From Rickettsiales bacterium (GTDB lineage: Bacteria > Pseudomonadota > Alphaproteobacteria > Rickettsiales > SXRF01), in the NCBI GenBank assembly GCA_964231325.1, contig CAXRIF010000003.1, forward strand, positions 560,630 through 624,629: a DNA stretch of 64,000 bases, in the 5' to 3' direction. The notes below the pieces were generated by a model, which saw only the letters and a program-made list of their open reading frames with translations, ran no database searches and had not been told where the DNA came from. The first letter of the stretch is position 1; every line of letters begins with the position of its first letter. Shown piece after piece: positions 38,205-48,473 of the stretch. Position numbers and translations under genes: made by a program.

Positions 38205-39104
38205 CAACACGGGCTGGCAGTTGATGTTGTTGCCGCCAAATTCTTCCTTGATGTTGTAGTTCGCTTCCAGATCTATCTCAGATGCTCCGCCGTATTTACA
38301 GGCGTTTTGCGCGCTTATTTCATCTGCCGACCAATAAGCGTCGGGATCACCGGGGAATCGCCATGAAGAAACCAACATCTTTCCGCGGTTTGGTTTCCCA
38401 TCGTCGATCTTGCTATCAATAGTAAAAGCGTCAAGCCCTGTCATGCTTGGTTTCCCGTAATATCCATTATTCGCATCGGTTTGTGTGATGTAAAAAATAT
38501 TGGCGCTAGCATTAACATTCAGGCCAATTAATTCGTCTGCCAGACCCATGTGTGCGGCACCCCAGTATCCTTGTCCTAATTTGCTCTTGGGCATGTAAGA
38601 TGATTGATCAACATTTTTTCCTTGTTCGCTAGGTGTCATAGGTGCTGGTGTTCCTGCTAAGGGGAGCCCGTCCATGGCGGTTGCATCAGCAATAATATCT
38701 GCGCCATAGGTGCCATCAATAAGGCTGGCGTCAGAAAGGTGTCTCCAGAAGGCGCCACATTCGCGGCTGCATTTGGTATGGATAGTTGCGCTGCTGATGC
38801 GTTTGTCTTCATCGCCAAAGCCTTGACTGCTCGCAACAACATTGGTGAAGGCAAAGAAATCGAATTGGCTTGCTTTGGTGGGATCCATGTCGCCCGGTAA
38901 AGAGCCATACTTGCTCAGGAAGGTGTTTGCGGCTGTTACATAGCGCTCCTTCTGAGTAATAATGCCGCGTATTTCCGAGGCTTTGATGAGGTCTCGCCCG
39001 ACTAAAATTCCGCCTGCCAGCAGGCCAATAATAACCAGTATGATCGATAGTTCGACCAGTGTAAAGCCTTGTAATTTATTTAAATTATTGTTTTCTGTTC
39101 GCAT
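38196..39104 (-). CDS. type IV pilin-like protein (prepilin N-terminal cleavage/methylation motif), about 300 aa, paralog of 21645-22550
   Basis: Leader MRTENNNLNKLQG|FTLVELSIILVIIGLLAGGIL with Glu at +5. AANTFLSKYGSLPGD, DSKIDDGKPNRGKM. C-terminal Cys pair (QNACKYGG...NINCQP). Confidence 0.8.
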   Translation of the reverse strand: MRTENNNLNKLQGFTLVELSIILVIIGLLAGGILVGRDLIKASEIRGIITQKERYVTAANTFLSKYGSLPGDMDPTKASQFDFFAFTNVVASSQGFGDEDKRISSATIHTKCSRECGAFWRHLSDASLIDGTYGADIIADATAMDGLPLAGTPAPMTPSEQGKNVDQSSYMPKSKLGQGYWGAAHMGLADELIGLNVNASANIFYITQTDANNGYYGKPSMTGLDAFTIDSKIDDGKPNRGKMLVSSWRFPGDPDAYWSADEISAQNACKYGGASEIDLEANYNIKEEFGGNNINCQPVLLW

Positions 39105-39236
39105 GTGTTGGGTGGTTTCTTTTGGGAGGGTTCAAGGTTCGACTATGGGTATGGAAACTATACTGGCTGATGCATAAAAAAAAGAATTAATATCACGGTA
39201 TGGCTGTGGTGCCTCAGGTGGCTTTTGAGCCACGTT

Positions 39237-39298
39237 TTGGGCTATCTGAAAAAAAGTGTATAATCGGTGTTGACATCCTAAAAAGTGGGTAGTATACC
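39237..39298 (+). promoter_or_regulatory. candidate tandem sigma70 promoters of the 23S-5S operon
   Basis: P1: TTGGGC (39237-42), 16-nt spacer, TATAAT (39259-64). P2: TTGACA (39270-75), 17-nt spacer, TATACC (39293-98). An A-rich tract lies just upstream of P2. Confidence 0.5.
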
Positions 39299-39562
39299 AA
39301 CGCTCCCTTCAGCGAAATTGTGAAGTGATTTGCAGGGTTCGAAATAACCTTCAGCCCTTGCTGCGGATTGATATTGTAAATAGGTTTTTCTGGCATCATT
39401 AGCATTGCTAGTAGCGGGAAAAGGCACGCACGGACCTTTCGGGGTTTTTGGGCCAATTCTAACTAGCGATGTATTTTGATGAGTTGATGTATTGAATAGT
39501 TTCGAACGCACAGGGCTTTTTTGTTCTGTACGTTTGTAGTTCAAACATCGTTCTTTTAATAT

Positions 39563-42305
<2,743 letters not shown>

Positions 42306-42434
42306 CATTGATCATGTCTGAACTACGACGTGCAGTGCAAAAGAGCATTGTTCGTGTTGTTCAATACACTCATTAAACACACGGTGTCAGAAAAACCTAT
42401 TACATGTCATTAAGCGGGAAGAGCCGGCTTACAT

Positions 42435-42551
42435 GACTGGTGATTATAACTTGTGTGGCAACACCCGTTCCCATTCCGAACACGACCGTGAAACGCACAG
42501 GTGCAGATGGTACTAAGTCTTAAGGCTTGGGAGAGTATGTTGTCGCCAGTC
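42435..42551 (+). rRNA. rrf: 5S ribosomal RNA
   Basis: GACTGGTGA..CCCGTTCCCATTCCGAACACGACCGTGAAACGC..GATGGTACT..GGGAGAGTA..TCGCCAGTC. Flanked by an extended complementary stem and a T7 run. Confidence 0.9.
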
Positions 42552-42700
42552 TTGTAAGCCGGTTTTTTTGTATCTCAAACCGATTTCTGTGGGCAACTCG
42601 CTTGCAAATTCTCGCTTTCGTTGCTCACGTACCTACCAGTACGCTGCGCTACGCACTCGAATTTCCTTCGCATTTGCCTCACATAAATACGGTTTATTTT

Positions 42701-42780
42701 CTTCGTCATTGCGAGGAGCGGAAGCGACGAAGCAATCCAGAAAATCTATTTACGTCATTCCGGCGAAAGCCGGAATCTAG
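42701..42780. repeat. two adjacent short palindromic (REP/MITE-like) hairpin modules
   Basis: Module 1: CTTCGTC..GACGAAG arms around ATTGCGAGGAGCGGAAGC (42701-42732). Module 2: ATTCCGGC-GAAA-GCCGGAAT, a perfect 8-bp stem with a tetraloop (42757-42776). Both start with CGTCATT. Confidence 0.55.
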
Positions 42781-42854
42781 CTATTGCTACACTCTGACAC
42801 TGCGGGTAAAATTCCCGCGCATCCACCATATTTAATTGCGTTTAATAATGGAGA

Positions 42855-43091
42855 GTGAATGTGCTTATATTTGTAAGTGTGTGTTTTAATCTATTTGGTC
42901 TGCTATTGACTAGCGGATTCTCTATTCAAAGCTCCAAGTTCTCCATTGATGGAGGAAGCTTTAGTGATCCCGATTCAGCAAAAATAGAAATACATTTAGG
43001 AATTAAACATAAGGTTGGGCTTGGGCTTCTAATAAGCGGTATTACGATGCAAATTATTGATGCTTTAAATCGTTTTAACATATTTATGTAG
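42855..43091 (+). CDS. possible small two-TM membrane protein
   Basis: 78-aa ORF with a GTG start after GGAGAG and two hydrophobic segments. No other support. Confidence 0.3.
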   Translation: MNVLIFVSVCFNLFGLLLTSGFSIQSSKFSIDGGSFSDPDSAKIEIHLGIKHKVGLGLLISGITMQIIDALNRFNIFM

Positions 43092-43134
43092 CAGATTTAG
43101 AAAATGCATTTCACCCAAAAATCAATATATGGTA

Positions 43135-43162
43135 TTGACAGTGTATTTTTTCTCTATATAAT
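43135..43162 (+). promoter_or_regulatory. near-consensus sigma70 promoter
   Basis: TTGACA (43135-40), 16-nt spacer, TATAAT (43157-62). Confidence 0.6.
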
Positions 43163-43168
43163 GTGTGC

Positions 43169-43347
43169 GTTGGTCTGGCCATTAAAAAATTTCCGACCCT
43201 GAGACTCAGACAGAGCAGTCGAGCAACTTAGGCCTTCTCGGACTTAGGTAGACAAACTGGAGAAATAGAGTTCGGCTTCCAAACCCGACTTGAACCTGAG
43301 TTATAAATCAGAAGGCGGCTCTCGCGAAGCCGCCTTTCTTCTTTCTT
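43169..43347 (+). ncRNA. candidate small RNA or cis-regulatory leader (class unknown)
   Basis: Bounded by the near-consensus promoter above and a hairpin (GGCGGCT-CTCGCGA-AGCCGCC, 43314-43334) followed by a T-rich tract. No ORF of useful length. Internal hairpin CTGAG-A-CTCAG and a duplicated ACTTAGG. Confidence 0.4.
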
Positions 43348-43445
43348 ATACGGCTAAGTAGAATCTCACCCCGGCACAATAGTTGCATGGTTAACGGATG
43401 GTAATGGGTTTGTTGCCAGTTTTTATCACCACGTAGGGGATCATT

Positions 43446-43946
43446 ATGGAAAGTATCCACATATCAAAAGTATCATATACCAGTATTTCGTTTAACCAGC
43501 AGAATGACCGGCAGATTGTATCTACCAAGGATACGAAATTCGGTGACTTGCTTGATGAGGCGAGCGCCAAGGCAGATAAGCAGGTAGCGGAAGTTTCCAG
43601 CTATGCGTTGATCGAGGCGAGCAATATCATGCAGTTCATTGATGAGCTGTTCGACAATATTCAGGCATCGTTGCAGCAGCAGCTTACTGGTGCGTCATCT
43701 GGTTCTGTTTCGGCCAGCTTGTCGGGTGGGCAATCATTTGGGTTTACCAGTGAGTTTACCTCGGTGTTTGGCAGCAGTGGGCCACTGATTAACTGGATTA
43801 ACAACACCACCTCGTCGTTGGGGCTTAGCAAAGAGCAGAATCTCGCCTTGCAACAAATCTCCATTGATTTCAAAGATACAAGAGGATCGGTTGAAGACCG
43901 GGCGCAAATTTCTGAGGCACTCAAGGCGGCAGGAATTACCGCCTAA
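43446..43946 (+). CDS. hypothetical protein (Ser-rich central region)
   Basis: 166 aa, RBS AGGGGA. Followed by a strong terminator. Confidence 0.6.
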   Translation: MESIHISKVSYTSISFNQQNDRQIVSTKDTKFGDLLDEASAKADKQVAEVSSYALIEASNIMQFIDELFDNIQASLQQQLTGASSGSVSASLSGGQSFGFTSEFTSVFGSSGPLINWINNTTSSLGLSKEQNLALQQISIDFKDTRGSVEDRAQISEALKAAGITA

Positions 43947-43971
43947 CGGAAAAACCTTCCTACCCACAACC

Positions 43972-44001
43972 AAAAAGCCCGGCGTGCCCGGGCTTTTTTT
44001 T
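43972..44001. terminator. bidirectional intrinsic terminator
   Basis: AAAAA-GCCCGG-CGTGC-CCGGGC-TTTTTTTT. Serves 43446-43946 (+) and 44013-44297 (-). Confidence 0.8.
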
Positions 44002-44012
44002 ATCGCAATTTG

Positions 44013-44297
44013 TTATTCCATGCTGCCGATCGGCGGAGTGGCGAGTACATCCGTGCGTGCACCGGTTCTTAAGCGTGCGTTATTTGTAACAAGCGTGCCA
44101 TCGGGGTGGCTTTGTATTGTTGGGCCTGATTTGACTCGCTCGACTTCAGCATCAGCTTTTTTCTTGGTTTCAGCTTTCATTTTTGCATGTTTTTTATCGT
44201 TCATCTCGCCAAGTAGTTTGGGGTTCGCGTGTGCGGAAGTGGTTGCGCATAATAATAGCGTGGCGATGAGTGATTTTTTCAATAGTGAAACAAGCAT
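44013..44297 (-). CDS. small secreted Lys-rich protein
   Basis: 94 aa, RBS GGGAG, signal peptide MLVSLLKKSLIATLLLCATTSAHA. Confidence 0.6.
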   Translation of the reverse strand: MLVSLLKKSLIATLLLCATTSAHANPKLLGEMNDKKHAKMKAETKKKADAEVERVKSGPTIQSHPDGTLVTNNARLRTGARTDVLATPPIGSME

Positions 44298-44385
44298 GAG
44301 GCTCCCTTTGTCTTATTATATTCGTAGATTACTTTTTGCCTGCTAAACTCGCAATCTAAAGATGGGAGGAGCCTATAAAAAACCA

Positions 44386-44417
44386 ATAAAAAAGCCCGGG
44401 CATGCCGGGCTTTTTTT
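44386..44417. terminator. bidirectional intrinsic terminator (near-copy of 43972-44001)
   Basis: AAAAAA-GCCCGG-GCATG-CCGGGC-TTTTTTT, downstream of the minus-strand gene 44436-44915. Confidence 0.8.
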
Positions 44418-44435
44418 CATGGAGTGTATTGGTGA

Positions 44436-44915
44436 TTAAGCTGCACCACGGCCAGAACCTTTGTTCGGCTGTGCGCGCTCGTCTGCCACATCTTGTGTTT
44501 TAGGGCCTACCACAGCGATCGGGTTGCGATCTTGGTCTGCGCCGGCATCTGACTTAACTTGTGTTTGTTGAGTAGCTATTGCTTCTGCTGCTTGTTGCTC
44601 GGCTTGTGCGCGTGCACGGAACATTGCGATAGAATTCAGGGCTGCAACCATAATACTTTGGTCGGCACCGCTTGTGCTATCCATGGCAACACGCTCAAAA
44701 TCAAGGGCGCGAGCCAAGGCTGCAGGATCATTTGCGATACCTGCTGCATCACACTCGGCACATGCCGCTGCTAGTTGAGCATTAGCGGCTTGCTTCATTA
44801 CTTCCAGCTGTTGATCTGCAGGCAATTCAGATACTTTAGCGGCATCTACACCACCATTTTTTGCTGCATTTACTAATTCCTGAACGGCTTGTTTTGCTGC
44901 AGTTAAATCTTCCAT
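44436..44915 (-). CDS. hypothetical Ala/Gln-rich helical protein
   Basis: 159 aa, RBS AGAGG. No recognisable motif. Confidence 0.6.
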   Translation of the reverse strand: MEDLTAAKQAVQELVNAAKNGGVDAAKVSELPADQQLEVMKQAANAQLAAACAECDAAGIANDPAALARALDFERVAMDSTSGADQSIMVAALNSIAMFRARAQAEQQAAEAIATQQTQVKSDAGADQDRNPIAVVGPKTQDVADERAQPNKGSGRGAA

Positions 44916-45099
44916 GATTGACCTCTTTCATATGTTGGTTTTGGGTGTATTGATAATACGTACCCAAGCTACCACAATGCCCAGCTGATGTGTGTTAAGC
45001 TTTTATTACAACGTAAGTGGCTCAATAATCATCATAAATAAACGAGGGAAGGATGATTTTTTTGCTGCAATCTGCTGAGAATTATGCATAGTGGCGTGC

Positions 45100-45411
45100 A
45101 TGAGAAAAATTATCCTACTACTGTTTTTACTTCCCGCCTGTTCATTATTGAATCAACAAAGAACGACAGAATCTTACGATGTTTCGTCCAAACCACTTGG
45201 TGAGGGCGAACATGAGATTGTGATGCACGGCAAATCCGGCGTGCCGAAAGACGAGTTGAAGCGTGCCTTCAAAGTGCATGGCAGTGAGATCTGCACCGGT
45301 AAGGTGTATTTGCTGCGTGGCATGCGTGAGGAATATGACACGCGCAATGATAGCTACATGCTGAAAGGCCAGGCAGATTGCGTTGAGTTGAGTTACTTCG
45401 CAGGGCAATAG
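45100..45411 (+). CDS. small lipoprotein
   Basis: MRKIILLLFLLPACS lipobox. The track ORF starts at GTG 45091. Confidence 0.55.
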   Translation: MRKIILLLFLLPACSLLNQQRTTESYDVSSKPLGEGEHEIVMHGKSGVPKDELKRAFKVHGSEICTGKVYLLRGMREEYDTRNDSYMLKGQADCVELSYFAGQ

Positions 45412-45833
45412 TGCGCACGCGCGGCATTTTATTACTCTGCGGCGCGTTTTTGTTAGGCTATCTGACGCAGGGATGGCAGCAAAGCACGCCTACGGTTCCG
45501 GTTAACCAGCAGATTTCCAGACAAGATCAGGCGCAGGGGCCGCTTTCTCCAAGCGAAGCGACCATTATTATCCACAAACTTGCCGCTGATCCAAAGAATA
45601 TTAAGCTTACTCGCCATGCGAAAAAACGCCTGTCTCAGCGTGGTATCTCGACAGAGGATATGGTTGAGGGGTTGCGCAATGGTGTTGTAAGGGATGCGGC
45701 GCATAAGGGGAGCAAAGGGGATTGGCTCTATAAGATTTATGATGAGCGCCCGGCTATCAATAATACATTAGAGGCGGTGCTGATTATAGAGGGTGACCGC
45801 CTGCGTGTGGTGACTATTATGTGGGATAAGTAG
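45411..45833 (+). CDS. signal-anchored DUF4258-like protein
   Basis: GTG start overlaps the preceding TAG. N-terminal hydrophobic segment GILLLCGAFLLGYL. C-terminal IKLTRHAKKRLSQRGISTEDMVEGLRNG...LRVVTIMW resembles the DUF4258 pattern (HA..R..ERGIS). Confidence 0.5.
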   Translation: MRTRGILLLCGAFLLGYLTQGWQQSTPTVPVNQQISRQDQAQGPLSPSEATIIIHKLAADPKNIKLTRHAKKRLSQRGISTEDMVEGLRNGVVRDAAHKGSKGDWLYKIYDERPAINNTLEAVLIIEGDRLRVVTIMWDK

Positions 45834-45838
45834 GCCTT

Positions 45839-46078
45839 TTATTTCGTCGACGGCTGTTCCTCATCCGGCATAATGAATGCCTGACCTTGAATTTTTCGTT
45901 CTACGCTCATGATCGTATGTAATGTGGAGATACAGGCTTCACGCGTGTTATCCACCAGCGCCTGACATTTTTCGCCCTCTGAAAGTAGGTCGCTGCGGCA
46001 CAGGCTCAGCAGTGTATCGTCTAGTGTTTCGACGTTTGCGATGAGTGAGACTAAAATATCTTCTATTCGATGATCCAT
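45839..46078 (-). CDS. hypothetical small acidic protein
   Basis: 79 aa with a strong RBS (AGGAGGAATTATG). Divergent from the S24 repressor gene. Confidence 0.55.
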   Translation of the reverse strand: MDHRIEDILVSLIANVETLDDTLLSLCRSDLLSEGEKCQALVDNTREACISTLHTIMSVERKIQGQAFIMPDEEQPSTK

Positions 46079-46192
46079 AATTCCTCCTGTGGCGAATGGT
46101 TAAAATATATTGAGATAAATTCAACTTTAAGTCAAGGATGAATTATAATAAACTCAACTGATTGTATGTGTGTTTTTCTATATTAAGGAGGT

Positions 46193-46801
46193 ATGAATTT
46201 GTCTCATCTTAAAAAAATCATGATAAAACATGGTGTTTCACAAACTGACCTGGCCGCTATTTTAGGGCGGGATAAATCGGTTATCACGAATCTTTTTCAG
46301 GGAAAGCGTCAGCTAAAGGCTGATGAGGCCATGAAAATTGCCAAGCATATCGGTGTGCCAGTAACGCATATACTAGGGGTGAAGGAAACGCCTGACGGTT
46401 TTATGGAAGAGCCGGCGCTCATTCCTTTTCAGCATGAGCCTAAAAATTGGAAGCGTCATGGCAATGTGGTGAAAAAAGATGGAAAATTTTATCTGGAAAC
46501 GACAGAGACGGTTAGCGCAGCTAAGAAAATATATGCGCTGCAGGTAGCGGATAATAGTATGAATTTAGCGGGGGTATTAGAAGGTGATTTTATTATCTCT
46601 GGGTTGGATCGTGCGTGTAAGTCTGGCCAGCTTGTAGTGGTGCAGCATTATCAAGGTAGAGGTGCGAAAACGCTGATTCGTAAATATGAAAAACCGTTAC
46701 TATTGCCACACTCTACCAGCGCGAACCACAGGCCTCTACATATTGAAGAGGATGACGTGCGGCTAGTGTCACCGGTGCTTAAATTAATCCGTTCTTATTA
46801 A
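46193..46801 (+). CDS. XRE-family HTH / S24 (LexA/cI-like) peptidase repressor
   Basis: Strong RBS (AAGGAGGTATG). N-terminal HTH GVSQTDLAAILGRDKSVITNLFQGKR. C-terminal S24 motifs ADNSMN (Ser) and TLIRKY (Lys). Confidence 0.8.
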   Translation: MNLSHLKKIMIKHGVSQTDLAAILGRDKSVITNLFQGKRQLKADEAMKIAKHIGVPVTHILGVKETPDGFMEEPALIPFQHEPKNWKRHGNVVKKDGKFYLETTETVSAAKKIYALQVADNSMNLAGVLEGDFIISGLDRACKSGQLVVVQHYQGRGAKTLIRKYEKPLLLPHSTSANHRPLHIEEDDVRLVSPVLKLIRSY

Positions 46802-47442
46802 TGTGCCGCACCGTGATAAAAATAATAGCCTAGTCCGATAGTAAACACGTAGCAGCCATAAAGAGCATGTTCAAAACATACAGCGGCAAGCGAGCGGGTT
46901 TTAAGGTAGGTGTGAGTGAAGATTAAACTTCCTATGGCGGAAAACACCACCGCGACCCAGTTTTGCAACACGATATGTATCCAGCCAAAAGCAAAACAAT
47001 TTAGCAGATAGCGGTGCCGATCATCCGCTGGCCACACCATATAACGTTTGAAAAAATAGCTGCGATAAATGATTTCTTGCGGGAATACGGACAACAATGG
47101 GTATAGCGCGATTACACTAAGCCATACGAGCGGTTTATTGGTCGGTAAATCTAAAAAACGCTCCGGAGCGACGATCCAGGTGAAAATGGCCAGTGCGATA
47201 GCAAAAGGAATAAAACGTAAAAAGATACGTTTCAGTTCTTTTTTATTGAGCGCAGCAATATTCCACTCCTCACGAAACCCTTGCTTATAGTGGATATGCA
47301 GCATGCGCCATGCGAGCAGCGCAAAAAACCATAGAACAGAATAGATCCAGCTTTTGGGATGTGAGAGGGTAATGATAAGTGGAACGGTGAAAAAAATCAG
47401 GAAGAACTCTACTTGGGGGCGCCGCAATAAAGTAGTAATCAT
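46798..47442 (-). CDS. CPBP-family (CAAX) intramembrane glutamic protease
   Basis: 214 aa polytopic protein. Motifs PQEIIYRSYFF (EExxxR-like), FAFGWIHI, FEHALYGCY. The ATG overlaps the trpD TGA (TGATG). Confidence 0.7.
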   Translation of the reverse strand: MITTLLRRPQVEFFLIFFTVPLIITLSHPKSWIYSVLWFFALLAWRMLHIHYKQGFREEWNIAALNKKELKRIFLRFIPFAIALAIFTWIVAPERFLDLPTNKPLVWLSVIALYPLLSVFPQEIIYRSYFFKRYMVWPADDRHRYLLNCFAFGWIHIVLQNWVAVVFSAIGSLIFTHTYLKTRSLAAVCFEHALYGCYVFTIGLGYYFYHGAAH

Positions 47443-48470
47443 CAGGTGATCTTTTCGTTGCTGAGGAGAATAAGTTTATTCAGTATGCCGTGTGCGCCGC
47501 CTGAGTCAATGGCTTCCTGTGCCATGGAAACACCCGCTTTAATATCAGGCGCTTTTCCAGTGATAACCAAGCCGCCTGCGGCATTCAGTACCACCGCATT
47601 GCGATAGGCACTTTCCATGCCAGAGAGTGCGTCTCTTAATGCGGCCGCGTTATGTTCAGGATCTTTGCCGCGCAGCTCTTCCAAAGATGCGGTTGGTAGG
47701 CCCGCATCTTCAGGCGTGAGTTCAAATATGCGCACTTCACCGTCTTTGAGTTCTGCAATTTTGGAGGGGCCGGTGAGGGTGAGTTCATCTAGCCCATCAC
47801 TGCCATGCACCACCCATGCGGATTTGGTGCCGAGTTCTTTTAACGCATGCGCCATAGGCTCGATCAGCTCAGCGGAATATACGCCCATCAGCTGATAATC
47901 AGGGGCGGCTGGGTTTGATAGCGGACCAAGCAGGTTGAACACAGTACGTATCGCTAGCTCACGTCTGACGGGCGCCACGTGGCGCGTAGCTGTGTGGAAA
48001 ACAGGCGCCATTAAAAAAGCGATGTTGCATTCTTTAAGGCAGCGTTCCAGCACTGGCACTTCTGCATCAATTTTGATGCTCAGTTGCTCTAGCACATCTG
48101 CAGAGCCAGACTTGGACGAAACAGAACGATTGCCATGTTTGGCAACAGGCACGCCACATGCAGCAAGTACGAAGGCAACGGCAGTGGAGATGTTATAGGT
48201 GCCTTTTGCATCGCCGCCTGTACCACATGTGTCGATGCAGCCCTCCGGCACGTTGATGCGTTTGGCTTTTGCGCGCATCACGATAGCACCTGCGGTGATC
48301 TCATCGATGGTTTCACCCTTCATGCGCAAGCCCATCAGGAAGGCGGCCATGTGTGCAGGAGTGGCGCCTCCATTCATGATAATCTGGAAGGCGCGCGTAG
48401 CCATGTCTTGTGTGAGGTTCTTATTTTCAGCCAGTAGTGCAAGGCAATCTTGTATGGCGTTTGAAAGCAT
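47442..48470 (-). CDS. trpD: anthranilate phosphoribosyltransferase
   Basis: 342 aa: DTCGTGGDAKGTYNISTA, KHGNRSVSSKSGSADVLE. Confidence 0.95.
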   Translation of the reverse strand: MLSNAIQDCLALLAENKNLTQDMATRAFQIIMNGGATPAHMAAFLMGLRMKGETIDEITAGAIVMRAKAKRINVPEGCIDTCGTGGDAKGTYNISTAVAFVLAACGVPVAKHGNRSVSSKSGSADVLEQLSIKIDAEVPVLERCLKECNIAFLMAPVFHTATRHVAPVRRELAIRTVFNLLGPLSNPAAPDYQLMGVYSAELIEPMAHALKELGTKSAWVVHGSDGLDELTLTGPSKIAELKDGEVRIFELTPEDAGLPTASLEELRGKDPEHNAAALRDALSGMESAYRNAVVLNAAGGLVITGKAPDIKAGVSMAQEAIDSGGAHGILNKLILLSNEKIT

Positions 48471-48473
48471 AAA

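Noticed and set aside
39335-39365. tRNA-like GGTTCGAA string in the rRNA leader
   Set aside because: The flanks do not form a T-arm or an acceptor stem. No cloverleaf can be drawn, and no tRNA was recognised anywhere in the window.
42527-42835. 102-aa and 70-aa plus-strand ORFs starting inside the 5S gene and running through the hairpin modules
   Set aside because: They begin within the 5S rRNA and translate palindromic repeat modules (..HCEERKRRSNP.., ..PAKAGI). This is a classic repeat-derived pseudo-ORF.
43169-43347. Identity of the sRNA candidate as tmRNA, 6S, SRP RNA or RNase P RNA
   Set aside because: It has no tag-peptide reading frame or tRNA-like end, no SRP GGAA/AGCA domain IV motif, and no long 6S-type bulged duplex that I can draw. 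It is kept only as an unclassified candidate.
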